From: Octopus vulgaris
Taxonomy: Eukaryota
Direction of reading: 5' to 3'
Assembly (NCBI GenBank): GCA_951406725.2
Contig: OX597836.1
Location: forward strand, 5,332,001 to 5,396,000
Length of the DNA stretch: 64,000 nucleotides
Part shown: in pieces, positions 14,373-30,334 of the stretch
How the letters are laid out: every line of letters starts with the position of its first letter
How positions within the stretch are numbered: the first letter of the stretch is position 1
The notes under the pieces: generated by a model
Seen by the model: only the letters and a program-made list of their open reading frames with translations
What the model was told of the DNA's origin: nothing
Database searches by the model: none
Position numbers and translations under genes: made by a program

Positions 14373-14654
14373 TAGCTTTGAAAAATTAATAAATTTCGGA
14401 ATGTCCTCTTCAAAACTTACACTAAGAATAGCTACAAGGTAAACTTACTACCTGCTTTTATATCAAGTTGATGCAGGTAGTTTATCCAGCTGACTTGAAT
14501 GACTGTCGCCCTTTCTACTGTCTTTCAAACTTTCGGTGTCGGTAAACTAAGCACCAGCTGAATACTGGGGATCGATGTAATAAAAAACACCAGTCTCTGC
14601 GTAAAAAATGTCAGGCCTTGTGCCTTTAGTAGAAAAGATTATCAATATTGCTTT

Positions 14655-14795
14655 TAATCATTATTATTATTATTATTGTCATGATTAGTATATTTATAAT
14701 TATAATTATTATTAATATTATTATTTTTGTCGTTGTTACTGTTGTTGCTGCTGTTATCATCATCATCATCACAATCATCATCATCATTATTATTA

Positions 14796-14844
<49 letters not shown>

Positions 14845-14899
14845 CATCATCATCATCATCATCATCATCACCATCATCACCATCATCACCATCATCATC

Positions 14900-14944
<45 letters not shown>
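14655..14944. repeat. (ATT)n/(CAT)n compound microsatellite following a SINE B tail (14520-14641)
   Basis: Direct inspection. Confidence 0.9.
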
Positions 14945-15648
14945 GGTGTTGCTGCCGTCAAAGTTATTTATAGAATGACATCTTTAAAGAAAGGTGGAAA
15001 GTTTTTCAATATACATGAACTGGAAGCATTTGCAGTCTACGCAAAAACGGCAAAACCATGGGTGGTGCATACACACATACACACATTCACACAAACACAC
15101 GCATGCACAAACACACAACGACCACACGTTTACTGTCGTAGTGCCACTGTCCACTTCCACCTATACGATGACCACAACAGCAACAACAACAACAAGAGCT
15201 TCAACCAGCTAGACTATTATCTCGCCACACAACCTATCGAACTGCAACAACAGACGTCGGCAACCATGCAGAGTGACAGAAGATACATCAGAACAATGAC
15301 CACTTGGAAACTGCCACCAATACTATGCATTAACCGTCTACTCATGGACACATATAGACATGTACAGGCAATCATTTATACATCGCAATATCTAAATATA
15401 TATATATATATATACATTATCAGCGTATATGTGTGGTGTGAGTGTCCTATCTCTTACTCTTTCTCCCGCTATCACGATACACACACACACACACATATAT
15501 GTATATATATATATACACACATAGGTATATATATGTGTATGTAGGTGTGTTTCTGACAGTGCCTACATCTAAGCTTGCGTGTATTTTATAGATACTCACA
15601 TATGCATATATAATTGTATATATATGTATACAGACACATATATGTATG

Positions 15649-15690
<42 letters not shown>

Positions 15691-17610
15691 TAAGAATATA
15701 TATGCATATATACATACATATATATATGCAAATATGTATATATGTATATATATATATATACGTATATGAATATATATATATGTATATGTATATATATAAA
15801 CACAAAAGCCGCATACTAATTCGAAGCAACATGTTCCGTTACGAACCGTTTAATTGACCGTTTCACTGAGTCCAAAAACTTAATAACCACACACGCACAC
15901 ACACAACACACACAACACACACACACACACGTGTATAAATATCTGCATATGTATGTGTGTGCGCCTGTTCGTGTTATGTGTATGTTGTGTGTGTGTGCAT
16001 GTGTGCGTGTTATGTGTGTATGCGTGTTTGTGTGTGTGTGTGTGTAACGTAACATACGTACATATTAACCCGAATGTCGCTCTTTTATTTGAGAGACGCT
16101 TTTGGTAGTTTGACCATATAACCATTTTGCCTTTGCAACGCTCTGCTCTAAAACTTTTCCAAATGTTGGCTTTTATGCAGATACAACTTTAAAGGAAAGT
16201 GAAAAATTCACAAAGAAAAACATAATAAAACTAAATCGACAAATACAGTAGAGAAATAGAAGAGATATAGTTAATCTCCATATTGGAAATTTTAAGTCAA
16301 GAATAAAAAAAGGCAAGCACCATTTACTGGGTGTCTATGGTTCCCGGTTTGTTGGCTGCAAAAGTCATTGCTGATGTAGAAAATAATCTGATCAAAACGG
16401 TGTGGAAGACAGGAGATAAATTATGTATACATACATGAATATACATCCACACGTATTCGCCTGTACAGAAGTTCCTCGACGGGAGCCGCCACGACGACAA
16501 CGACGATGGCAACTGTGACGACGACGACGGCGATCACCAGAACCACCACCACCAACAACAACAACAAGAACAACAACAACAACAGCGTCGCCATCAGCGA
16601 ATATAAACATCGCTAACTTTATCGCAACGTCTCCCAATCATGCGTTCGCATAAGCATTAAGGCGACATCCGAAAGGATGCAAGCGCACTCTCACTTTCTC
16701 TCTCTATCTCTCTCTCTTTTTCTCTCTCTTTTTCTCTCTCTTTCTCTCTCTCTCTCTATCTATATATCCATCTATCTCACTCTCTCTTTCACTGTGTCTA
16801 TTCATCTCTCTCCTTCCTTCACACACATCTTGATACGCTCATATTGACACATTCTTAACCGACCTCTGTGTCTGTTAGCATATTTCTCATACACCGTTTC
16901 GTTGTACCTAAGCAATCATATCTTTCTACCTATAAATCTACGTATCTGTTTTCTGTCTTACAATCTCTTTCTCTCCGTGTACCTGTCTACGCATCTCCTT
17001 ATCTTCTCGCACAATACATCGTCTCTTTTACATCGTCTCACTTCTTTCCTTTAGATGCAGATATCTCTTATGCGCGTGTGTTCACAGGAACGCACACACT
17101 TGCACATGTCCTCACATACACACACACGTACGCACATGTATATACACGTATACACAGATGAATGGACAAATATCAGAAAATGAGATAAAGGCTCTCAACA
17201 CATTTAGTAGGCGATGCATAGTCTGAACATGAACGAACCGTTTTTTTTCTTTTGTTGTTGTTAGGAGCCAGCGAAACTTTTACTATACATATTTATCATA
17301 AGGATACACGAAGTGCCTACCTGCTAGGAAGTGGTGTTAAATCCCTCAGCTAAACCACCAACAATACTGAAGAAGTCAACGGTTAACAACAGTAGTCGGG
17401 CGAACGGGTTAAAGGATTAGACATACCATCACAGTTAAATGCAATATAGTTTGGCATTTTGATATGCTTGTATCATGATTGCGAATTCAAGAGAAAAAAC
17501 CTTAAGTCTCCTCGGCAAGTTTTACCTAGTGAAAATGTTCAACTCGTCCCGCAGAAATCTGCCGGAGCTTTGAATTATTATGTGTAAGACACACATAACT
17601 TCCCCATTAT

Positions 17611-17983
17611 CTGTGCCCCACACGTAATAATCAATGGGGCTGTAGTCTGGGAAGTTAGGTGCCGAAATATTAGGTATAAAATGCTCACAGAAATTGTCCG
17701 AGAGCCATTACTGAGTTTCCCTTATTGTGCTGGCATGGTTGAGCGAGAGACCAACAAAACTCCTTGCAACACCACAGATAAGCTGAAGGCTTAATATTAA
17801 GGCAACATTCACCAACTTAAACAAGGAGACGATCCAGAAGAGTTGCAGGAGATTCCGAAGTCGTCTGCAGGCCGTGGTTGAGACCAATGACGATTGTATG
17901 GAATAAATTTACTCTTTAAGTATTTCAATGAAATGAGATGTCAGTGGCATTTTCACTTTTGCATAATTTACGCCGCACCCTGT
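17611..17983 (+). pseudogene. Tc1/mariner (DD37D maT-like) transposase C-terminus plus right TIR, with an internal inversion
   Basis: Plus: VERETNKTPCNT..KSCRRFRSRLQAVVETNDDCME*; minus 17611-17738: WLSDNF..PNFPDYSPIDYYVWGT; ends CGCACCCTG-TA. Confidence 0.85.
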
Positions 17984-18230
17984 ATATTATATGTATTGAT
18001 TAATAAATTCTTGCTAGAAGTTTTACCGCGCGGTAAATATTGCATAGCGGCATTTCTTCTAATACATTTCTCAGTTGAAATACCGCTGAGTTCGACTTGG
18101 CCTATCATTTTACAAAGTCAATATAATAAATAACAGTTGAATAGTGCGATCGATGTTACCGACATAACTAATTCCCCGAAACTGATGGTCTTGTGCCAAA
18201 ATTTAGAACCAATATATTAGCGATATATAA

Positions 18231-18415
18231 GGCGGCGAGCTGGCAGAAACGTTAGCACATCGGGCGAAATGCTTAGCGGTATTTCGTCTGCTGTTACGTT
18301 TTGAGTTTAAATTCCCCCGAGGTCAACTTTGCCTTTCATCATTTCGGGGTCGATCTAATCGACTCCCACACACACAAAAAAAAATATTGGGGCCTTGTGT
18401 CTAGAGTAAAAAGAA
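18231..18415 (+). mobile_element. SINE family B (tail type 2); decayed copy just upstream at 18065-18215
   Basis: GGCGGCGAGCTGGCAGAAACGTTAGC head, GGTATTTCGTCTG, GAGTTTAAATTCC; AATATATTA on both flanks. Confidence 0.88.
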
Positions 18416-19031
18416 TATATTACCGTTATATTTTTTAGTTTATTTTTTGAGATAACTGTCTTTGTTCTTTGCAAGAAATGTATTTTGAGGCAGTTACCAT
18501 GCAAATCGTAGCCATCTTTTTAAAATTGTTTCTCTTTTCACAGAAAAATATAATTTTTTGTTTTTAGAAACCTAACCGTGTAGTCTAGACTCGGTATATA
18601 GCAAAAGTTCCAAATTATTCAATAATAATACCTGTTGGAAATAAGATCTAAATTCAAAATTATTTCCTTCAGGGTTAAACTCGAAAAACACCGAGTTTTG
18701 GGAATAATTGTTTGTTTTCTTTCTCCGTCTGAACAGAATCAATGGCAAATAACAATACTACTACTACTGCAACTGATCTACTAAAACTACTAATACAATC
18801 ACCATCACCTCCACCACCATCACCAACAACAACATACCACCTCAAAACCCCAACCACCACCACTGACAACATACCCTCACCAAAACCGCCACCACAACCA
18901 CCAACAACAAAAACACTACTACTACGATTTGAAATAGTAGTAGTAGTAGTAGTAGTAATAATGATTCAAATAATAACGATAATAATGACAATAAAATCGG
19001 CATACATATATATATATATATGCACGTATAT

Positions 19032-19089
<58 letters not shown>

Positions 19090-19117
19090 ATATAAATATA
19101 TACCTACATATATATGC

Positions 19118-19176
<59 letters not shown>

Positions 19177-19223
19177 TACCGTATTCATATGTATACTATT
19201 ATCATGATATTTTTATAACAATA

Positions 19224-19225
19224 GC

Positions 19226-19267
<42 letters not shown>

Positions 19268-19500
19268 TTGATGTCTTGACCACCAGGGCCAAGAAGAAGA
19301 AGAAGAAGAAGAAGAAGAAGAAGAAGAAGAAGAAGAAGAAGAAGAAGAAGAAGAAGAAGAAGACGAAGAAGAAGAAGAAGAAGAAGAAGACGACGAAGAA
19401 GAAGAAGAAGACGACGAAGAAGAAGAAAAAGAAGAAGAAGAGGAAGTAGAAGAAGGAGAAGAACAAGAAGAACAACAACAAGAACAACTGCTACTAACAC
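19224..19500. repeat. (AAT)n and (GAA)n/(GAC) microsatellites
   Basis: Direct inspection. Confidence 0.9.
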
Positions 19501-20126
19501 TACCACCACTACTACTACAACATCAGCAGCAGCAACCATGATACTGAACGTAAGACAATATCACTTTTATTTATTTTAACAAGATATTCATTATTTGCTA
19601 TTACAGTTTTTCTTTTATATTTTATTTCTTGTTGATGTTTTCATTGTCGATGTTGTTCTTGTTCTTGTTGTTGATGTTGGTTCTATTTTGGTTCCTCGGA
19701 AGATTCGTGAAAATAGTTATATAACGACTATATTGAATTATCCGGACACCGACGTAGACAGGGAGACATTTTGTTTTATGGTATTCCAGTTATAAAAATA
19801 ACATTTTATGTCTGGCAAAACTGGTCTCATATTTATGTAATTTACGAATCGTATTTCTATTGTTGTTGTTGTTGTTGCTGTTGTCGTTGCCTGCTGTTTG
19901 TGTTGTTGTTTATTATTGTTTTGATTGCGCTTGATGTTGTAGTTGCTTCTGGTGCAGTCTGTGTGTCTGTTCTTAAGTTTAATATTCCTTGTGTTTGTTA
20001 ATTTTTGTTCCGATTCTTTAAACAAGTTCTGGTTTTTGTCATTGCACCTCTCTTCTCCCCTCTCTGATCTCACTCTTCAATGATTAGGCATTCATACAGC
20101 CATACACAAACACACACATATACATA

Positions 20127-20183
<57 letters not shown>

Positions 20184-20253
20184 GTAAGTATATGTATATC
20201 TATATATTATGTATGTGTGTATATATATATATATATGTATATTTAGATACATA

Positions 20254-20370
<117 letters not shown>

Positions 20371-20472
20371 CCTACATATACACATGAATGTATGTATATA
20401 CACAAGCAGAAATATGCAAGTATATATATGCTTATACCTATACACAGATACGCACACATATACGTATATATT

Positions 20473-20596
<124 letters not shown>

Positions 20597-20757
20597 AACA
20601 TACACACAATCATACACACGCACATACATATATATATATATACAAATATACGCACCGATGTATGTATATACTGAAACAGAAATACATATGTACATAGACG
20701 TATACATTTACATACATAAATACACACACATATATATATAAATAAATATATATATAT

Positions 20758-20791
<34 letters not shown>

Positions 20792-22031
20792 TTAAATGTA
20801 TATATATATTTGTTTGTGTACGCATGTATGCAATTTCGCGGTAATAAATTGTGCAGCCGTAAGAGAAAACATTCCGTTTGGGCGAAAGAATATATTAAAG
20901 TTTCGTATTGAATAATTTTACTTCTCTCTAATAGAAAAATAATCAAATTTATCTGTACATTAGCTATAGTTGTACGATATATAATTTTAAAGCGTTACAC
21001 ATAAGGAAAGTTAAACTTTGAGTACGTGTGTGTATGTTGAATTGCATATATTCGGTATAGAATGTATCAATTTAAGCTATTAGGAAAGTTATTTACAGAC
21101 ATCAGTTTGGATTCCTAAAATGTTGAGGTATACGAAATTTACACTATAACTTCTATGGCTTGTACATCTCCCACACAGTTTTCGAAGAAACCAAGGCAGT
21201 TTTTCGATATTCCGTGCTTTTAGGAAAGCTTAAAAATATATTTTTGCTTCAAGTTCGTAATATCGATTCGAACTTGGTTCAGTTCAACTTGAACTATTTT
21301 CTTTCTTTTCCTTTATTACTCTGACTCATCTTCTCTTGTTTCCGTGTATAAAATCTTCACCTGTCATGATTCTATCTCTCCTGAATTCGATAACTTTAAA
21401 ATATCTTTTTATCTCTCACCCTTCACGTTTTTATAGAGGGTTGGTAATTGTATGAAATCTCAGAAATTACTGTTTGCTCCAAATTAAATATATTATCGTT
21501 TATTGGCACCAATTTAAATAATGGTATAACATTGTCACAGATGAAGAATTTCAATAATGGTATAGCATCGTCATAGATTAAAAATTTCAAAATCTATTTT
21601 GAAGTTTTCTTAACCACGATATTTACATTGTCCTGTCAGTCGAACTGTGATTGATTCCCACGAATAATGTTTATATTAATCATCTTATTCTCTTTAGAAT
21701 AAGAGCCAGAGATGTGAATAAAGAATTTATAGATTAAAGTATATAACCAGATTTGCTAATCCGTTTTATAAAATTGTAGCCACTCTCACTAATCTTCAAT
21801 ATAATTATTTAATTATTTTGACGGTAGGATAATTCAAAACTTTCAAATTGTGTGTGTTTGTGTATTTGAATATGAGTTTGCATATGTGTTTTTTCCCCCA
21901 CAGATCTTGATAACCAGTGTTGGTGTGTTTATATTCCCGTAACCGCCTACTCGTCAGAGGATACCTACAGAATAAGCAGCAGGCATACAAAGAATAAATA
22001 TGTGCGTTTGTGTGCATCTATCTATCTGCCC

Positions 22032-22480
<449 letters not shown>

Positions 22481-22550
22481 TGTGTGTATAGACGTGTGCG
22501 GGGGTATGAGAATATATAGGTGTGTGTGTGTGTGTGCATAAGGGAATGTG

Positions 22551-22606
<56 letters not shown>

Positions 22607-22631
22607 TAAATAGGTAAATAGATGAACAGAC

Positions 22632-22713
<82 letters not shown>

Positions 22714-22723
22714 GCAGGCAGGC

Positions 22724-22798
<75 letters not shown>

Positions 22799-22799
22799 C

Positions 22800-22950
22800 G
22801 TGTTTCTTTTAGTTTCCGTCTACGAAATCCGCTCATAATGCTTTATTCGGCCCCAGGCTATACAGGGAGACATGAGCACATCTTCACCCAAACGTGCCTC
22901 TGAGTGGAATTGAACTCAGAGCCATGTGGTTAGGAAATATCTTTCGTATC
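22800..22950 (-). mobile_element. SINE family A, 5' half, diverged
   Basis: AGTTTCCGTCTAC.AAATCC.CTCA and CCATGTGGTT match 2845-2970. Confidence 0.75.
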
Positions 22951-23009
22951 ACGCAATGGACGTCACCGTTTCAGAAACAAGAATTTCAGATGGAGAAAGT
23001 TAGATGGAC

Positions 23010-23080
<71 letters not shown>

Positions 23081-23931
23081 AGGATGGATGGATGGATAGA
23101 TAGATAGATTGATGAATCTATCCGTCCATCGATTTTTAACTCATAGAATTTCTAACTATACACAGCTATACATACACGTATAGCTACGTACATACAGAGC
23201 ATACTAACACACAATAGCTACACACGTACACATATACATATAAACACATACACATACGCCCAATTTCATCTATTTAAATTAGGTAAAGAAAGTCTCAGAA
23301 AGTCACACAAAGCCACACGAAGTCACACACAATAAAAATCGCTGTCTTTTGTTAAGAGCGACTAATAGATATAATTCCACCGTGACGGGAAATGGCGAAA
23401 GTGGTGTGATTTTAAAAGAATTGTTAAAATTTGGAATCATTAGCTACCACCTTGTACCATTTCCGATTCATAGAATTTTGGATACCATTTTATTTTATTT
23501 TGTTGCTTTATGTGTATGGTTTTTTTTTTTTCGTGTCTTTGGAAAGCCAAGCTAAGAATCTTTGCATGAATTTCAAGAATTATTAGACAAGAGATCAAAT
23601 GTCTTGCGATAGATAACGGCGTTTACGTGTGCTGGATGTTATTAAAGAAGAGGAAAGGAAAAAAAAACCATTATCTGTGGAATGTCTGGAGAATTAAGGA
23701 AAGAAAACCAAAAAGGGATGGCGGAGACAGTGGCGGGGAGACTGTTTGTAGAAAGGTGAGTGAGAGAGAAGGAGAGAGAGACGAAAAGTGAAAGAAAGAG
23801 TCGGAGAGAGAGAGGGGGAGAGGAATGAAGAGTAAAAATAAAATTAAAAGAAAGCAAAGATATTGACAATCGAGGGGGAAATGGCAACGAAGGCGGCGAT
23901 GGTGAAGAGGAAGGGATGACGATGATGATGT

Positions 23932-23962
<31 letters not shown>

Positions 23963-24542
23963 AAGATGGAAGAGTATAGAGAAGAGAAAATGTATATTAT
24001 GATGACAATGATGATGGTGGTGGTGATGATGATGATGATGATGATGATGGTTGTAGTGGTGGTGGTGGTGGTGGTGGTGGTGGTGGTGGTGGTGGTGGTG
24101 GTCATATTTGGAAGAGGTGTGCAGTAGGATGACGAGTGTGGTGATGATATATATAACGCTGATCATCATAATCGTCATCACTATCATCATCAATATAATC
24201 AACATCACGATCATTATCATCGTCGTCGTCGTTCTCCTCCTCATCATCATCATCTTCATCATCAGCATTATCATTCACATCAACATTAGCACGTGCTTGC
24301 GCTTACAGTAGTTCCAATGGTAACAATAGGTACACAATTAGTAGCAAACGGTAGCCGTAATTAAGATATTATAATTAAAATATCCACCAGACACATAAAA
24401 TTACACATCTTAACTACTACTAATGCCACTACTACTACTACTACTACTACAACTACTACTACAACTACTACTACAACTACTGCTACTACAACTATTAATA
24501 TTAATAATAATACTAACAACAACAAGAACAATGGTAATAATA

Positions 24543-25290
<748 letters not shown>

Positions 25291-25749
25291 TAATTCTACT
25301 ACAACTAACTTTGCTACTACCACTACTAATACCACCTCTGCTACCACCACCATTAATACTTCTACCAAAACTACTATTACGATCACCACCTACAGCGCTA
25401 CTTCTACTACTACAAACATCACTATCACTACTAATAATAACAGCATTACCTGTACACGTCCACTGTTACATACACCCCACCCAGCAACAAGGACGAAATC
25501 ATAGCAGGAATAGAAATATCCGACGACGATATTGCTACCACTTGTAGAGCCACCATTTCACACAGCAATTGTGTCAACCACCACACTACAAACATCCTCA
25601 GGATTAAGATCAGCCGTCACATCACCAACTGTACCAATATCATCAACCGAGTCCCATGCGTACGGAAAAAGCCCTACTTTTCGTCCATCGAGGGCCCATA
25701 TGCCACAATATTAGACTATTTTTTGTAGTCAATACACAGTGATCTCTAG

Positions 25750-25966
25750 GGCGGTGAGCTGGCCGAATCGTTACCACGCTGGGCGAAATGCTCAGCGGTA
25801 TTTCGTCTACCGTTACGTTGTGAGTTCAAATTCCACCGAGGTCGACTTTGCCTTTCATCCTTTCGCCGTCGATTACATAAGTGCCAGTTACTCACTGGTG
25901 TCGATATAGTCAACTTAATCCCTTTGTCTGTCCTTGTTTGTCCCTTCTATGGGCAATAAAGAAATA
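25750..25966 (+). mobile_element. SINE family B (tail type 1)
   Basis: Head GGCGGTGAGCTGGCCGAATCG, GAGTTCAAATTCC, tail GTCCTTGTTTGTCC..AAAGAAATA. Confidence 0.88.
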
Positions 25967-26851
25967 ATTACACATGACAATAATTACACATGACAATAAT
26001 TACTATTGTCATGGCTATCACAAAGCAACAACAGCTTCCTCCACAGCGAAAGACATTATCCGAAAGGACAACAAAAACAACAGTGATTTAAAGTCTAAAT
26101 TTGTTGTGATACATATTTGTATCATAACAGCATCGCAACACCACCAATCAACCACAACCTCTCCAACCGGGGAACATGCAGCAGCAGTATGAACAACGAA
26201 AACGTCAATCAAAACTGGCAACGCAAGTCACACCCTCAGGAACAGTTTGAACTTCTGCCGCCAGGATTACAAAAATGCACCCCACAAGCACTGCAAATAA
26301 CATATAAATACACAGCGCCATCGTCAAAAATGTCAAAACTACCACAACCGTTCACAAATAACTCCAACATCAATAATGAACCCTACAACATTAGATTGCA
26401 GAAACTAATAAAACAGCAACTACAAAAAAACAACAACACACGGAACAATAGTAATAGCAACAACTGCAACAAAATTAACAACGAAAAGAGAAACAGCTGT
26501 TGCGAACAACATCACAGCCGCGACTTATAAAGGTAAGAACAGCGAGAATACTGCTGTGATAACATTAACATCAACAAGAACCCCAACAGTGACATGAGAA
26601 ACAACAATAATAATAACTGCAGTCATCAACGCCGCCGACTGCAATAATAATATAAATAGCAACAAGAAGAAGAACACCAGGGACCACAAGTAATAATAGC
26701 AATAACAATAACGTCAATAAATGTAACACGAATAACGCTAAAAAGAACAGCAACGGCTGCAATGATTATCACTGCGCCTGCCATCTACAACAGTGGCGCC
26801 ATCTTCACCACCACCACAGATGCAAACAAGAACAACAACAGCAACAACAAC

Positions 26852-27121
26852 AAGGAAAAACTACAGCAACAATGGCGGTTATGATATAAAAAAAAGGAGC
26901 CAGAAAATCAAGAGAAGCGAGAAGAACAGCCATAGAAACATTGACGGCAGCAACAAGCGAAATAAACAATAATAAAAAAAAATACACCAACGACACCAGC
27001 AATAACAACAACAGCAACAACAAGGAAAACTGCAGCAACAATAAAGAAAGGAGCCAGAAAATGAACAGCAGCGACACGAACAGCAACAGGAACATTGACG
27101 GCAGCAACAAGCGAAATAAAC
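26852..27121. repeat. Diverged tandem duplication in CAA-rich sequence
   Basis: AAGGAGCCAGAAAAT and AACATTGACGGCAGCAACAAGCGAAATAAACA each occur twice ~155 bp apart. Confidence 0.8.
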
Positions 27122-29199
27122 ACGAGTAAAAGTGAAAAACAAAATGGAGAACTATGATGCAATAGTAAGTAAAGCTATCGGTTATGTGAGATAACATTTC
27201 AACTATGTTCGAACTGTTATCTCCTTCACAGCTTGCCTTTCAAATGTCATGACATGCTTGTCAGCTTCAATTAGACATGGCTGACTTTCAAATGTCAGCC
27301 GAGTGTTTGTTTTCTTTTCTTTTCTTTTTTTTTCTTTTATTTTTTTCATTTTGTATCTTTATTTACTTATCAGCTACGTCATCCAGGTTCGAATCAAGCA
27401 ACAAATGTTCTATTGAGATTTAAAAAAGAAAATTCCATTTTCACTTTCTTTCTTTCTTTCCTTCTTTCTTTCTTCCTTTCTTTCTTTCTTTCTTTCTTCC
27501 TTTCTTTCTTACTTACTTTCTTTCTTTCTTTTTTTCTCTTTTTTTTCTTTCTTGTTGATTTTACTGTAATCTTTATTTTCAAAATATAATTCCTACTGTT
27601 TTTCATTTAAAAAAAAAAAAAAAATCTTTGTAAGGTTTCAGTTGTGTTGGATTGAAAATTTGCTTTAGAGATCACTATGGTTGTATGTTCGATCCCACGG
27701 CAAGGGTCTCTGGGGAAATTACATTTTTCATTTACAGGCAGGAACTAACTGATATCACGTGAGAGGTATGTGAGAAACAGAACCCCAATTGAAAACCGTG
27801 TTGCTCGTGTGAGTATCTGTGTGCACACATAGACATCACTTCCGTCTTCTTCTGATCGTCTTGTGTAGAGTAACAGGAGTTTTGCAGCGATTTAAGTTTC
27901 ACGGCGAAACTAAAACATTTCACGTTTCTTGTTTGAGGATAGGAAACATTTCATCCTATTTGATCTTGTTGAGGAAAATTTTCTACGCTCTTTTCCCTAG
28001 TTTATGTCCTTCAGTCGCTGACATAGGAGGTGCAGATAGCATTCGAGGATGCACAATAGCTTGCAGTATTTAGGAAAATAAATATGTACACGAGAGAAAT
28101 GATAGCTCTTGTTTCCCACGGCTAGGTTAAGCACCTTTAGCAATGATGTTTTTGGTAGGTGCTTTGTCACTAACTACAAATAAATTGGCTAACTTGCTAT
28201 GAGAGTCCTGAAGGATTTAGGAATATATACAATTTGACGTATCAAATGAGGTTATTTTATGGAGAAGGAATTAAACACTCACACAGAAGTGCATCTCGTA
28301 CGTATACACGCGCACACACACACTCACACACACTCACACACACACACACACACACACTCACACACACTCACACACACACACACACACACATACTGCATTG
28401 TGAGTCACACGAATCTAAATATACATTTTTATATATACTTAGATAATCAAACTCCGTACATACATATATGTGACCGTTCATATACACTCCTGCTACGCTT
28501 ATTCTTTTATTTACACACAGTTATATACCCTGAAATAAATGCCTTTCAACCAGGTAGGTGATACGTGTAATTATCAACATTGGCTTGGGGGATTTATTGA
28601 TGCGAATAGGCATCCTTATATAAACGGTAACGTGTAAATATCTAGAAAGAGTGAAAGATGGAATCAATTGGAAAGATTATACAGCTGAAGTGGATGACAT
28701 GACCGGGCTGGTTCAACGGCGTTCGACTTTCCAGAGGCAAAGAATGACCCTTTAGCGGCTGGACATTAGGAGGAAAATATCCTTTCTCTATATCTAAGTA
28801 GCTCCTCACATTTTCGATTTTATCAGGGTATGTGTTGATTCTTTTGGGCAAAAGTCAACAGTTGACGCATAGTTTTCAACTCTTGAGTCATTTGTTAACA
28901 TCCTGTAATTTTCTTTTCTGAATTGTTGTTAATCAGTCGATGTATGTGAATAATGATTAACAGTTTAACAAATTTGTTTGAATTCCCATCGCAGCAAGCC
29001 TCATTCTCTGGTCTCCGAGTTGCTAAGCTGACAAGGGTTCCGCAGACTAAACACTTCAGAAAATCACGTTTCAGCTAAATAGTCAAACACCAACATTCCG
29101 TAAAAGTTATCTAAATTGCATTGTCTAACACGTCTTCATTTCGATAGTAAATATTGGTGATATTGACAGACATCTTGTTGAAAAGCATTTATAAATTGA

Positions 29200-29900
29200 A
29201 AAGATCGAAATCTAGCGTTCAGTCACAACCTATATTTATCTTAATAAACTCACCTAACAAAGCGATAGAACTGATGAGCGAAATACTTATTGAGGAATAT
29301 AAAAAGAATAGGAAAACTGAAATGGCGCTCACTTGTTAGTAACAATTTTTCAACGTTTCAGAGACATTAAATATGAGACGAACAAGATTTCCACACTTTG
29401 CTTACATAGATATTTCCACTTCAATATTTTCACCCTTACCAAATAAGGATTTCATATTCAGCAAAACATTCATCGACATCGATAAAACAGACATTAAGAT
29501 TGTTACGTATTCATATCCTCTTCGACGAGGAGCTAGTCTGGTTTAAAATTTCCTTGCCAGCAGATTTATTTGACATCGCAATTTTATGATTCTATGATAT
29601 CATCTGCATATGTGATTTAGTTGACATACTAAATTTACACATTAGTTGACATACTATAACTGCATAAATCTAAAATTCCTTGTCTAAATACAGGATTATG
29701 CCGAGACGATGGCTTAGACATATCACAGCAGAGCGACAGTTATTCAGTTGATAATCTGAGAAAACAACATATAGATTTTTCAACAGTATAGAACATAGAA
29801 ATTCGGTTAAGTAGCAGCTAGCTTATCTATGATTTACTTTTCAGATGCAAACCTTGTTCTTGAATCCGATATCGAACAGACATTTCATAAATTAAATACC
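29200..29900 (+). pseudogene. Decayed Penelope-like reverse transcriptase
   Basis: Colinear remnants LINSPNKAIELMSEILIE, FSKTFIDIDKTDIKIV, LFDEELVWFK, LFDIA..YD..ICDLV, GLCRDDGL (29693-29716; compare PLE GLYRDDGL). Confidence 0.72.
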
Positions 29901-30242
29901 TATGCAAAACTGTGGTCCGCCAACCAGCGGTTCAGGAATCATTTCTCCGCATTTGGTTTTTACAACACGCGGGACATATGAGGAAATGAATTAAATGTGA
30001 TACATCTCTCCATCACGAGCCAGCAAGGAGCTCAAGACGACATAATGCTTAAGAAGTTTCTTACCGAGTAAGGCTACCACACACACACACACACACATAT
30101 ACACACATATATATTCTTTCATCTTTTTAGTCATTTGACTGCTGCCATTCAGAGCATAAGAAAAGGAAAAATTGTAGGTGTAGACGATCTTTAATTCTTA
30201 ATCTAGATTGGTAGAGATCCATACATATATAATATATATATT

Positions 30243-30334
<92 letters not shown>

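Noticed and set aside
21518-21590. 36-bp two-copy tandem repeat (and an ~18-bp one at 32416-32451)
   Set aside because: Ordinary local duplications with no further structure.
27738-27765. 28-nt micro-exon with good-looking AG/GT sites
   Set aside because: Stop codons in all three frames and no other support.
29271-29283. CTGATGAGCGAAA hammerhead-like core
   Set aside because: There is no room for stem II, no stems I or III, and it lies inside the RT coding remnant.
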